A DNA stretch of 48,361 bases, taken from NCBI GenBank assembly GCA_934613185.1, contig CAKTSO010000001.1:1-48361 (forward strand), written 5' to 3'. The notes under the pieces were generated by a model. That model had not been told where the DNA came from. It did no database searches and worked only from the letters and a program-made list of their open reading frames with translations. This document shows, one piece after another, positions 9,264 through 17,337 of the stretch; the stretch's first letter is position 1; each line of letters opens with the position of its first letter. Origin of the DNA: an uncultured Clostridia bacterium. Lineage in GTDB: Bacteria; Bacillota; Clostridia; Christensenellales; Maliibacteriaceae. The translations under genes and the position numbers were made by a program.

Positions 9264-10448
9264 TCAGAAGATCATCGAAGCGATGCTGACGGCAAACCCG
9301 AGCGCCGCCGCGATGCGATGAACGATCGCCTTCTGCGCCCAGGAAAACGGCAGAAGGTTCAAAACGATCATGATGATCGCCACCGGGTACAAAAGCGTCA
9401 AAACCGGCACGGAGATCTTCAGGATCATGCCGAGGCCGAGGATCGACACGGCGAAGCTGACGAGCGTGAAGATGCGAAGCCAGCACAGGAACGAGAATTT
9501 CGGGAACTCGCGGTGGAAGAACGTCGCACAGCTTGACAAAAGCCCGGTGCAGACGTTGAAGCACGCCACGAAGAACACGAGCGCCAGAATCAGCGCGCCG
9601 ACGGGGCCGAACAGCCGCAGGCAAAGCCCGGACAGAACCGCCGTGCCGTCCGCCGCGCCGGAAAGAAACGCGCTCGCCCGCGCGCCGAGGAACGCCAGCG
9701 CGCCGTAGATCACGGCGAGAAACAGGCCCGTGATGACACCCGCGCGCATCGTCTCGCGCGCCACGTCGCCGTCGGATTCGATGCCGCAGGCGTGGACGTT
9801 CGCCGCGATGACGTAACCGAAGACGATCGCCGCGAGGGTGTCCATCGTCTGATAGCCGTCGACGAAGCCGGTCAAAAACGCGCTGCCCTCGGCGTAAGCG
9901 CCCGTCGCCGCGGCGGGGGCATCCTTCAAGCCGAAGATGCCGAAGACGAAAATCACGGCGATCAACGTCAAAAGCACGGGGGACATGCATTTGCCAAGCA
10001 CGTCTTTAAAATGCTCGGGCTTTCGCGCCAGAAGATACGCGCCGAAGAAGAACGCCGCCGAGAACGCCGCGCGAAGCGCCACCGTCCCGAACGGCGAGAG
10101 CGACAGCTTGTCGGTCAAAAACGCGAACATGGAAAACGACGTCGAGGCCGTGCGCGGAATGGCGAGCATCGGGCCGATGCAAAGGAACACGGCGATCGTG
10201 AACGCCGCGGCGAAGTATTTATGGACTTTGGCGAAAATGCGGTCCGTGCCGCCGACCTTCGCCACCGCGACCACGCCCAAAACGGGGAAGCAGACGGCGG
10301 TCAGAAGCATCCCCAGATACGCCGGAAGCGCCTTGACGCCCGCGCTGTAGCCGACATGCGGCGGGAAGATCAGGTTTCCCGCGCCGAAGAACATCGAAAA
10401 CAGCGTCACGCCGACCAGCGCAAGATTTTTGTTGGACAGTTTTTTCAT
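9264..10448 (-). CDS. brnQ: Branched-chain amino acid transport system II carrier (LIVCS family)
   Basis: ORF 9264..10652 trimmed to ATG 10448 (MKKLSNKNLALVGVTLFSMFFGAGNLIFPP, the BrnQ hallmark) with an AGGAGAAAAG RBS. About 12 TM segments. Confidence 0.85.
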   Translation of the reverse strand: MKKLSNKNLALVGVTLFSMFFGAGNLIFPPHVGYSAGVKALPAYLGMLLTAVCFPVLGVVAVAKVGGTDRIFAKVHKYFAAAFTIAVFLCIGPMLAIPRTASTSFSMFAFLTDKLSLSPFGTVALRAAFSAAFFFGAYLLARKPEHFKDVLGKCMSPVLLTLIAVIFVFGIFGLKDAPAAATGAYAEGSAFLTGFVDGYQTMDTLAAIVFGYVIAANVHACGIESDGDVARETMRAGVITGLFLAVIYGALAFLGARASAFLSGAADGTAVLSGLCLRLFGPVGALILALVFFVACFNVCTGLLSSCATFFHREFPKFSFLCWLRIFTLVSFAVSILGLGMILKISVPVLTLLYPVAIIMIVLNLLPFSWAQKAIVHRIAAALGFAVSIASMIF

Positions 10449-10654
10449 CTTTTCTCCTCTTTTATTTCGGGGATTCCCCCGCGATGCAAAATGTCGCCGG
10501 GATCGCGCGCGTCCGTCCAAAAAAAGGCAACACTTCCCCCTTGTTCGGCCGCAGCGGCTTTTCCCAAGACGAACGCAAGATCCTTTCTTGAATTTTACAC
10601 CGAACGAGCAAAGATATCTACCGAAATTTTGAAAAAAACGAGGAAAGCGCATCG

Positions 10655-10680
10655 CAAAAAGGCGTGTCTTTCAACACGCC
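10655..10680 (-). terminator. Intrinsic terminator of the isomerase/epimerase gene
   Basis: Stem ggcgtgt (10661-10667) / acacgcc (10674-10680) followed on the - strand by TTTTTG. Confidence 0.65.
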
Positions 10681-10694
10681 CATGCGCATTTCTT

Positions 10695-11528
10695 TTATTT
10701 TTTCACATAATCGGGGCGGATGGCGCGGACGTGCGCAAAGCAGCGATCGAATTCCTCTTCCTCTTTCAAATGCTCGAACAGCGCGGGCATGTCGGGATCG
10801 AGCGCCTCGATGCGGTCGAGATAATGCGCGAAATTCAGCACGCCGTCGCCGCAGGGAACCTCGTAGACGCAGAACGAATAGCGCTCTTCATCCAGGCGGC
10901 AGTCCTTGATGTGGCACGAACGGATCATCGGCCCAAGAAGGTCGAAGCTCTCGTCGACGATGCGCTCGAAATCGAGGAAGGTCTTGGGGCTGTAGAGGAA
11001 ATTCGTCGCGTCCATATGCACGGCGAATCGCTCGCGGTCGACGTCGCGCACGAACTGCAGGTACTGCTGCGGCGAATCGGGGAGCATCCACTGCATCGGC
11101 TCGAATGTGAAATACGTCTTCTTCGGGCGGATGTCGTCCAGAAGCGTCTGCACGAGGCGGACGTTCTTTTCATACAGTTTCGGCGAATAATTTTCCTTAT
11201 AGCACAGGTTCCAGACGGGACCCGCCGCGCCGGAAATGTTGACGCAGCAGCGCGCGCCGACGTAATCGGCGAACCCGAGCGCGTCTTTCAGATCGCGCAC
11301 GGCGGCTGCCGCAGCCGCGGGATCGGTGCTGTGCGGCGAGTTCCACACGCCGACTTCGGCGATCATGATGTCATATTCGCGCGCGGCGGCGAGATATTCG
11401 TCGACTTTGCGCAGATCCGTGCGCCACGACACGGGGAAGCGGCTGGCGCGATAGCCCTTGTCGTGCAGATGTTTCGCCCACTGCTCGGGTGAATCGTGCG
11501 GGAATGTTTTGTTGACGCCGATGCGCAT
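10695..11528 (-). CDS. Sugar phosphate isomerase/epimerase family protein (xylose-isomerase-like TIM barrel)
   Basis: ORF trimmed to ATG 11528 (MRIGVNKTF...) with a GGAGGA RBS. The overall pattern (IAEVGVWNSP, FEPMQW, HIKD) resembles the AP endonuclease 2 / xylose isomerase-like fold. Called from memory. Confidence 0.65.
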   Translation of the reverse strand: MRIGVNKTFPHDSPEQWAKHLHDKGYRASRFPVSWRTDLRKVDEYLAAAREYDIMIAEVGVWNSPHSTDPAAAAAAVRDLKDALGFADYVGARCCVNISGAAGPVWNLCYKENYSPKLYEKNVRLVQTLLDDIRPKKTYFTFEPMQWMLPDSPQQYLQFVRDVDRERFAVHMDATNFLYSPKTFLDFERIVDESFDLLGPMIRSCHIKDCRLDEERYSFCVYEVPCGDGVLNFAHYLDRIEALDPDMPALFEHLKEEEEFDRCFAHVRAIRPDYVKK

Positions 11529-11805
11529 AAAAATTCCTCCTGCGGATTTCAAAATTCAATTTTTGTTTCGCGGTTCGATCCGTTCGCCGCTTTTTATCGG
11601 ATTTATTTTAGCACAGTTCGCCGCCGCGTGCAAAGCGGGGAACGCCGCAGGCGGGCGCAGGCGTTTCGCTTGTCAAAGAGCGTCCTCTGCGGGGGATTCG
11701 GGTTTTTAAAAGCGACGATCCCAATCACAGCCGTGTTTGCGGGAAACGCCGCCGCCAATTCACGTTCGATCGCTTCGCCCGCGAAGCCTTTTTCTTCTCT
11801 CATTT

Positions 11806-11845
11806 CAAAAAAGCAAAGCGCCGCGAGATTTTTCGCTCGCGGCGC
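11806..11845 (-). terminator. Intrinsic terminator of the acidic-tail membrane protein gene
   Basis: 10-bp stem gcgccgcgag (11818-11827) / ctcgcggcgc (11836-11845), followed on the - strand by TTTGCTTTTTT. Confidence 0.65.
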
Positions 11846-11879
11846 CGATCGCTTCTCATTTTATCTGATTGGTTCGATA

Positions 11880-13160
11880 TTATTTTTCTTCGAAAAACGA
11901 ACCGTCGTCGAAGTCGCGGTCCGCGGCCAGCGCGGCGCTGCCCGGAGCGGCGCTGTAGGTGCGCGTCGTCTGCGGCGCGGTCTCGGGTTCGGATTCGGGC
12001 GCTTCTTCAATCTCTTCGATCTCTTTGATCTCCTCGATCTCTTCGGCCGTCTCGGCTTCGTCCGCTTCCGTCACGGTCGCGGGCTCGGCTTCTTTCGCTG
12101 CTTCGATATCGTCAACATCCGATTCCGCCGCGGTTTCAAGTTCTTCCGCTTCTTCGACCGTTTCCTCGATCTGCGCCGGGGCGGCTTCTTCGATTTCCGC
12201 CGTTTCGGATTCGGGCGCTTCTTCGACCGCCTCCTCGATCTGCGCCGGGGCGGCTTCTTCCGCTTCAAGCACGGCTTCCGTCTCGTTCTCTTCGGCCGAC
12301 GGCTGCGCCGCGTTCTCCGCTTCCGCGTCCCCTTCCTCCTGCTCCTTTGCAAATTTTTCCTTCGCAAAGTCCTTCACAAACGGCACGGCGATGTGGACGA
12401 AGGCGATCGTTCCGAGAAACGAAACGCCGCCGAACAGGAGCAGGAACCAGCCCATCCGCGCGCTCGCCGCGCTCGTCAAAAGCGGCAGCTTCCCGACCGC
12501 GCGCAGGATCACGCAGCCGATCGTCGCGGCAAGCAGCGCCACGGCGAAGATCAGGAGCCGTTCGCGCCCGTCGCGGTAGAAGACAAAGTGCAGCGCGACG
12601 AGCAGCGCGCACGCCCCAAATGCGTACAATGCCGCGCGGCCGGAGACGACCGTGCCGAAGCCGTCGACGCGCTGCGCAAATTCGCCCTGCATGATCGACG
12701 AAAACGGCGGAAAGACGTTTTTCAGCGCCGCCTGCACGGGCGCGATCAAGTCCTCGATCGCCGCGGCATCGGCTCGGCCGACGATCCCCGCCGCGGGCGT
12801 ATCTTCCTTTGACAGCGACCGCACGAGAAGTTCTCTCGCGAGCGTTTCGCACGTTTCGTCGTCCAGCCCCTGCCATTCGGCCCCGTTTTCAAAGCGCCAT
12901 GCCGCAAGCGCGCGGCTGTAGTCCGACGCCGCGTCCCGAAACGCGTCCAGGGACAAAAGCGACTGCCGAAGGGACTCGCTCTCCCCCGAAAGCGCCGCTT
13001 CGGCGACGCAGCTCGCCGCCGCGGGTTCGCCGAACGCGTCCAGCCCCCGCGCGCCCAGCGCCGCCGACGAAAACGCGAACGCGGCGCACAGCGCGGCGCA
13101 CAAAAGCAGCAGAACGAAAAGGCGCGCCAGACTCCGCGCGGCAGTGGCAATTCGATTCAT
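11880..13160 (-). CDS. Membrane protein with N-terminal signal/anchor, about 4 TM segments and an acidic Glu/Ala-rich repeat tail
   Basis: The 736-aa ORF (11880..14090) is trimmed to ATG 13160 (MNRIATAARSLARLFVLLLLCAAL), which has a GGGGAGGA RBS. The upstream part overlaps the real + strand sigma genes. The tail contains EEAAPAQIEE[AT]VEEA twice and EIEEIKEIEEIEE. Confidence 0.7.
   Translation of the reverse strand: MNRIATAARSLARLFVLLLLCAALCAAFAFSSAALGARGLDAFGEPAAASCVAEAALSGESESLRQSLLSLDAFRDAASDYSRALAAWRFENGAEWQGLDDETCETLARELLVRSLSKEDTPAAGIVGRADAAAIEDLIAPVQAALKNVFPPFSSIMQGEFAQRVDGFGTVVSGRAALYAFGACALLVALHFVFYRDGRERLLIFAVALLAATIGCVILRAVGKLPLLTSAASARMGWFLLLFGGVSFLGTIAFVHIAVPFVKDFAKEKFAKEQEEGDAEAENAAQPSAEENETEAVLEAEEAAPAQIEEAVEEAPESETAEIEEAAPAQIEETVEEAEELETAAESDVDDIEAAKEAEPATVTEADEAETAEEIEEIKEIEEIEEAPESEPETAPQTTRTYSAAPGSAALAADRDFDDGSFFEEK
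12149..12260 (-). repeat. Coding tandem repeat (43-nt core twice, 69-nt period) in the acidic tail
   Basis: 12149-12191 and 12218-12260 are identical except for 2 positions (cttcttcgaccg[tt/cc]tcctcgatctgcgccggggcggcttcttc). Confidence 0.8.
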
Positions 13161-13374
13161 AAACCTATCCTCCCCAAAGCTGTCTCCAAATAAAAAAACA
13201 ATCGGTTTTGCAGGGGTACTGCGGCTGAATAACGCCGCCGCAGCGCGCCTTGATCTTTTCCGTTTTGGCGTTGTGAAAATGCTCGTGCGACGCTTCCGGC
13301 ACCTGGCCCTCGGCGCGAAAATTTCCGCGCATCCTTTGATAGTATAAAGCGCGCGCGCCGCCGCGGCAAGCGAT

Positions 13375-13403
13375 TTGACGCAGACGGACGAAATTGCTAC
13401 ACT
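13375..13403 (+). promoter_or_regulatory. Candidate promoter of the ECF sigma operon
   Basis: TTGACG (13375-13380), 17 nt, TACACT (13398-13403). No clear ECF-type GAAC...CGTC autoregulatory promoter was seen. Confidence 0.4.
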
Positions 13404-13508
13404 AAAAGCGTTCAAAAGCGTAATGTTTTGCGCCTGCGAACGGTTTTTAAAGGTGAGCGGCGTATGTTTTTTCGAAAACGTCCGGCGCTCTTTACGGAGG
13501 ATTGGAAC

Positions 13509-13997
13509 ATGCAGAAAGTTTTGCAGGACTGCGCAGTGGACGTCGACGGCGCGCTGCAGCGCAACGCTGCCCGCGTGTATCGCCTGGTCTATGCCCGCGC
13601 GCACCGCAAAGAGGACGCGGAAGACCTGTTTCAGGAGGTCTTCGTGCGCTACGCCCGCAGCGCTCCCGCCTTTGACAGCGAGGAGCACGAGAAGGCGTGG
13701 TTTCTTCGCGTGAGCATCAATTGCATCAACAGTTTTTATAAAAAGGCGGAGCATCGCCGCGCCGTCAGCGTCGAACAGATCCCCGAAGGGGAGGCCGCGC
13801 CGCAGGACGATTTCGAGCTTCTGCTCCTGGCGCTGCCCGAGGAATATCGCGTGGAGGTGCATCTGTTTTACGGCGAACGCATGAGCGTCCGCGAGATCGC
13901 CGGGACGGTCGGCCGATCGGAAAACGCCGTGCGCGTGCGCTTGACGCGCGCCCGAAAAATGCTGCGCGAGAGCCTTACAGGAGAGGAACAGGCATGA
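13509..13997 (+). CDS. ECF-type RNA polymerase sigma-70 family factor
   Basis: ORF 13428..13997 trimmed to ATG 13509, which has a GGAGGA RBS 7 nt upstream. Region 2 is EDAEDLFQEVFVRY...AWFLRVSINCINSFYKK; region 4 is YGERMSVREIAGTVGRSENAVRVRLTRARKML. Confidence 0.85.
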   Translation: MQKVLQDCAVDVDGALQRNAARVYRLVYARAHRKEDAEDLFQEVFVRYARSAPAFDSEEHEKAWFLRVSINCINSFYKKAEHRRAVSVEQIPEGEAAPQDDFELLLLALPEEYRVEVHLFYGERMSVREIAGTVGRSENAVRVRLTRARKMLRESLTGEEQA

Positions 13998-14659
13998 CGA
14001 CACAGGAAAAATACGAAAAATACAACGAGACGGTCGTCCCGTCCGACGAACTGATCGAAAAAACGCGCGAGGCGATGCTCGCCGCGGCAAGCGAAGCGCC
14101 CGTGAAAAAGCGGAAACGAAACGGCGGACGGGTATTCGGCCGCGTGATGAGCTACGTCGGCGTGGCCGCCGCGTCCGTTTTAATCACCGTCGCCGCGCTT
14201 CGCATGCCGCAGCTTTCGGGGTTCTTTGCGGCGAAAAGCAGCGCCGATTTTCAAGCGGCGTCGGCCGATACGGCGATGATGGCCGAAGCGCCGGAAAGCG
14301 CCGCGCCGATGAACGGGGCGGATGACGCCGCCGCGGAGGAAACGGGCGAGGAGTTCGCCGACATCGAGATCTTCTACGTCGAGGACGGCGAGATCAAGTC
14401 CTGCGAGGAATACCTTTCCTGTTCCGTGGAGGAGGTCTTTGCCGCGTGGGCGAACAAAAACGCCGTCGCGGACGTGAAGGTCGAGAGCGTGACGCTCGAC
14501 GGGGGCGCGGACGCCGTCGGCGTGCGGATCGACTTTTCCGAAAATCTGCGCGAACAGATGGACGGCGAAGGGCTGCTGCTCTCGTCGCTGACGCAGACGC
14601 TCGCCGGGTATTTGAACGCCGACGGCATGGTTTTGACCTGCGGCGGGGAAGCGCTGTAA
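13994..14659 (+). CDS. Putative anti-sigma factor (single TM, extracytoplasmic GerMN-like domain)
   Basis: ATGA overlap with the sigma gene. One TM (VMSYVGVAAASVLITVAAL). The role is inferred from position and topology; the C-terminal domain assignment is tentative. Confidence 0.6.
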   Translation: MTTQEKYEKYNETVVPSDELIEKTREAMLAAASEAPVKKRKRNGGRVFGRVMSYVGVAAASVLITVAALRMPQLSGFFAAKSSADFQAASADTAMMAEAPESAAPMNGADDAAAEETGEEFADIEIFYVEDGEIKSCEEYLSCSVEEVFAAWANKNAVADVKVESVTLDGGADAVGVRIDFSENLREQMDGEGLLLSSLTQTLAGYLNADGMVLTCGGEAL

Positions 14660-14713
14660 AAAATCGGCGGTCAGTGACTTTGTAATATTTTAGACAGAAG
14701 GGAAGTATGTTCG

Positions 14714-15142
14714 ATGGCCTGGACGGAAAAACTGGACGATCTGGCGCGCACGGCGCGCGACAAGGCGGCGGATCTGGGCGGGCGTGCGCGCGCCGAGGCG
14801 ATCAAGCTGCGTGAAGAGGAGAAGATCAACGGCTTATGCCGGCAGGCGGGGAAGATCGCCTACGAGAATTTTGAAAAGACCGGGCAATGCGGCGACGGTC
14901 TGCGCGAGATTTTCGAGGAGATTCGCCGCCATAAGGAGACGATCGCGGCGCTGGATGCGGACGATCCGAACGTGACGAGCGTCCGCACCCGCCCCGTGCG
15001 CACGCCCGCCGACCCGCAAAAAAGCGTCGGCGACGCGCGCGTGTGCCCTTCCTGCGGCGCGGCCTGCGCGCCCGAAAGCGTCTTTTGCCCCGAATGCGGC
15101 GCGGCGCTCGAAGAAAACGGCGCGCTGACGAAAAAAGATTAA
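14714..15142 (+). CDS. Zinc-ribbon domain protein with N-terminal coiled-coil
   Basis: 142 aa with a C-terminal CPSCG...CPECG zinc ribbon. The codon pattern resembles that of neighbouring genes, and a strong terminator follows. Confidence 0.75.
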   Translation: MAWTEKLDDLARTARDKAADLGGRARAEAIKLREEEKINGLCRQAGKIAYENFEKTGQCGDGLREIFEEIRRHKETIAALDADDPNVTSVRTRPVRTPADPQKSVGDARVCPSCGAACAPESVFCPECGAALEENGALTKKD

Positions 15143-15158
15143 AAAGGCGGATCGAAAC

Positions 15159-15208
15159 CGACGCCCGCGGCTTCCTCGAAACGGGAAACCGCGGGCGTCG
15201 TTTTATTT
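15159..15208 (+). terminator. Intrinsic terminator
   Basis: 12-bp stem cgacgcccgcgg (15159-15170) / ccgcgggcgtcg (15189-15200), then TTTTATTT. Confidence 0.75.
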
Positions 15209-15240
15209 GGGAAAATACAATTATTTCACTGCCGCATTTT

Positions 15241-15410
15241 TTCGAATCCGCCGGAGAATAATCGCAGTCAACGGCTTCCTCTGAGAGGGGCTTGCGGAGA
15301 GCGGCACGTTTCGCAGCTTTTGCAGTTGCTTTATTGTCATATCGTTTTTTGAATCTGCCGGAAATTCTATCGCAGATAACACCTTCCCCTTTCAAACGAA
15401 GCCTTGCGCA
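15241..15410. repeat. REP-like intergenic repeat units (two diverged tandem copies), same family as 40796-41135
   Basis: Unit 1 starts gaatccgccggagaataatcgcagtcaac (15244) and unit 2 starts gaatctgccggaaattctatcgcagataac (15351). The 22-mer ggcttcctctgagaggggcttg (15273-15294) recurs exactly at 40805-40826. The sequence accttcccct...gccttgcg resembles 41082-41110. Confidence 0.6.
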
Positions 15411-15428
15411 CGTCCTCGCATCCCCCAA

Positions 15429-15459
15429 CCAAAAAGCCCTTCTCTTCGAGAAGGGCTTC
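15429..15459 (-). terminator. Intrinsic terminator of the GNAT operon
   Basis: 11-bp stem aagcccttctc (15434-15444) / gagaagggctt (15449-15459) with a ttcg loop, followed by a U-run on the - strand. Confidence 0.7.
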
Positions 15460-15474
15460 AAGCTTCGCCTGTTT

Positions 15475-15972
15475 TTAAAGTCGCTTTTGATAATACGCCA
15501 CATCGAGCCAACGGCCGAACTTCACCCCCACACGGTCGAACGTGCCGACATGACGGAAGCCGTGCTTTTCGTGGAACGCGACGCTCGGGGCGTTGTCCCG
15601 CGTGATGATCGAGATGATGTTCGAAAAGCCGCGTTCGCGCGCCGCACACTCGATCCTTTCATACAGCAGGCTGCCGATGCCGCGCGCCGTGACGTCGCGC
15701 GCAAGATAGATCGAAAGATCGACCGTGTAGCGATAGGCCGAGCGCGGGTTATACTCCGCAAGATAGGCGTAGCCCAAAACGACGCCGTCCGATTCGGCGA
15801 CAAAATAAGGATAGTTTTCCTCGATCCCCGCGGCGCGCGCGCCGAAGGCTTCGGGCGAAAGCGGCTCCTCTTCGAACGTAACGGTCGTGTTCACGATATA
15901 ATAATTGTAAATCTCGCAGCATCGCGCCGCATCGCGCGCCGCATACGGTCGAATGAGGATTTCCGCTTTCAT
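15475..15972 (-). CDS. GNAT family N-acetyltransferase (phosphinothricin-acetyltransferase-like)
   Basis: 165 aa. IRPYAARDAARCCEIYNYYIVNTTVTFEEEP and RGIGSLLYERIECAARERGF resemble the PAT/YwnH-type GNAT pattern. Confidence 0.85.
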   Translation of the reverse strand: MKAEILIRPYAARDAARCCEIYNYYIVNTTVTFEEEPLSPEAFGARAAGIEENYPYFVAESDGVVLGYAYLAEYNPRSAYRYTVDLSIYLARDVTARGIGSLLYERIECAARERGFSNIISIITRDNAPSVAFHEKHGFRHVGTFDRVGVKFGRWLDVAYYQKRL

Positions 15973-15981
15973 GGTGTCCCG

Positions 15982-16224
15982 TTACATCTCCATCACGATT
16001 TTTTTGCAGGCGCGGCAGAAGGCGGCGTCCATCGCCGTTTTGTTGATGCGGAACAGATACGGCCCGTCCAAAACGATCCCGTCTCTCTTTTCGACCGCAT
16101 GCCGCGTCAAAAACGGCGGCGGCGTCTCGTTTTTCGGGAAAAAGAACAGGCCTTCCCCGCCGCGCGCGTAGACAAAGCCCCGCGTCATCGCGTCCCCGCA
16201 GTACGGGCAGACAGTCTTGCTCAT
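15982..16224 (-). CDS. Small zinc-ribbon protein (hypothetical)
   Basis: ORF trimmed to ATG 16224 (MSKTVCPYCGD...FCRACKKIV) with an AAGGAGG RBS. Has CxxC...CxxC pairs and ends 10 nt upstream of the GNAT start. Confidence 0.6.
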   Translation of the reverse strand: MSKTVCPYCGDAMTRGFVYARGGEGLFFFPKNETPPPFLTRHAVEKRDGIVLDGPYLFRINKTAMDAAFCRACKKIVMEM

Positions 16225-16289
16225 TTCGTCGCCTCCTTTTTGCTTTGTAACACAATTATAGCATGTTTCCGTCATGCGACACACCGTTT

Positions 16290-16327
16290 TTTTATCAAAA
16301 AAATACCGCCCGCAAAAGCGCGGGCGG
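16290..16327 (-). terminator. Intrinsic terminator of the lysis cassette
   Basis: Stem ccgcccgc (16306-16313) / gcgggcgg (16320-16327), followed on the - strand by TATTTTTTT. Confidence 0.65.
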
Positions 16328-16341
16328 CACATCCGTTCGGA

Positions 16342-17145
16342 TCAATCCGAGCACAGCTTCCCCCAGGTGACGGGGCCCGCGACGGCGTCGGCCTCGATGC
16401 CGCGGCTCGACTGGAACGCGCGCAGCGCCTTCGCCGTGTCCGCGCCGAATTCCCCGTCCGCCCCGGCCGCGCCGACGGGATAGCCCAGCGCGAACAGGCG
16501 CGTCTGCAAATGGGGAACGACGGCGTGCGCCGCGTTGCGGGACGCGGAAACGACGGGCAGCGCCGCGCGGGTGTTTTTTCCGACGATCCCGTCGACCGCC
16601 GTACCGACGGCGCGCTGAACGTCGCGAATGAACGAATCCGCGCTGTAGCCGCAGGCATGCGCTTTCGCGCCGCCGTAGTTCGGACGGACGTAACCCATGA
16701 CGAGGCGGCGGGCGCGAAGCTGGCGCATGACGCAGCCGCCGTTGTCCGCGCTCGAGACGGACGTGTTGCCCTCGATGGCGATGACGGCGTCCCGCTGCAC
16801 GCGCTCGACGATGCCGATGTGATCCGGGTCGGCGTCGCGGTCGAACTGATAGAGCACGAGGTCGCCCGCGGCGATGCCGTCGAATCCCGCGTGATACGTT
16901 CCGCGCCGCTTTGCGTCCGCCATGATCGCGGGGCAGGACGCGGACCGCGCGGCAAGATGCCCCGCGCCCGCCTTTTCCAGCACCCACGAAACGAACGCCG
17001 CGCACCACGGATAGCTTGCGCCGCGAACGCTTCTGCCGTAGAACCAGTCGTTGTATTTCACGCAGTTCGACCCCGACGGGGACTCCTTGACCCCGATCTC
17101 GGCCGCCGCGATGCGCACCACGTCACTTGCCGCCGCCATCTGCAT
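16342..17145 (-). CDS. CHAP-domain peptidoglycan hydrolase with two PG-binding-like repeats (endolysin-like)
   Basis: N-terminal CHAP pattern (YPWCAAFVSWV ... DPDHIGIVE ... EGNTS). C-terminal repeats GIVGKNTRAAL and GEFGADTAKALRAFQ resemble PG_binding_1. An alternative start at 17139 has better RBS spacing. Confidence 0.85.
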   Translation of the reverse strand: MQMAAASDVVRIAAAEIGVKESPSGSNCVKYNDWFYGRSVRGASYPWCAAFVSWVLEKAGAGHLAARSASCPAIMADAKRRGTYHAGFDGIAAGDLVLYQFDRDADPDHIGIVERVQRDAVIAIEGNTSVSSADNGGCVMRQLRARRLVMGYVRPNYGGAKAHACGYSADSFIRDVQRAVGTAVDGIVGKNTRAALPVVSASRNAAHAVVPHLQTRLFALGYPVGAAGADGEFGADTAKALRAFQSSRGIEADAVAGPVTWGKLCSD

Positions 17146-17323
17146 TCTCCCCCTTATGCCTCGTAAAGTAATACGTCATGACCGCGCCGTAGCTTGAAGC
17201 ATACAGCGTCAAAACCTCGCGCGGGACGTCCCCGCCGAAAAACAGCAAAACGCCCAGAAACGCCGTCATCGCGAGCGTCACGATCGACTTCAGATCGATC
17301 AGCTTCGACAGATTTTTTCGCAC
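17123..17323 (-). CDS. Small two-TM holin-like protein
   Basis: The ORF-track start (17341) is a TTG. An in-frame GTG at 17323 is preceded by AAGGAGG plus 5 nt, giving MRKNLSKLIDLKSIVTLAMTAFLGVLLFF... (66 aa, 2 TM, charged C-terminus). Overlaps the endolysin start. Confidence 0.65.
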   Translation of the reverse strand: MRKNLSKLIDLKSIVTLAMTAFLGVLLFFGGDVPREVLTLYASSYGAVMTYYFTRHKGENADGGGK

Positions 17324-17337
17324 AGTTTCCTCCTTTT

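Noticed and set aside
10449-10654. About 200-nt leader upstream of brnQ, considered as a T-box or other amino-acid riboswitch/attenuator.
   Set aside because: I could not find the conserved T-box sequence (GGTGG-ACCGCG-like) or a convincing terminator/antiterminator pair. Only weak 4-6-bp hairpins are present. A covariance-model scan would settle it.
11603-11803. 66-aa minus-strand ORF (MREEKGFAGEAIERELAAAF...) in the gap upstream of the isomerase gene.
   Set aside because: There is no RBS (TTTTTTGAA precedes the ATG). It starts inside the T-run of the upstream terminator, and its second half is Arg-rich. It is possibly a gene remnant but is not supportable.
12149-12260. Tandem direct repeats (here and at 39451..39640), considered as a CRISPR array or VNTR.
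   Set aside because: Both lie inside well-supported ORFs and encode low-complexity acidic or Pro/Thr linkers. There is no repeat-spacer periodicity and there are no cas genes.
13161-14090. Upstream 310 codons of the 736-aa minus-strand ORF 11880..14090.
   Set aside because: This part overlaps the motif-bearing + strand ECF sigma and anti-sigma genes. An internal ATG at 13160 has a strong RBS and begins a signal-anchor sequence, so the gene was trimmed to 11880..13160.
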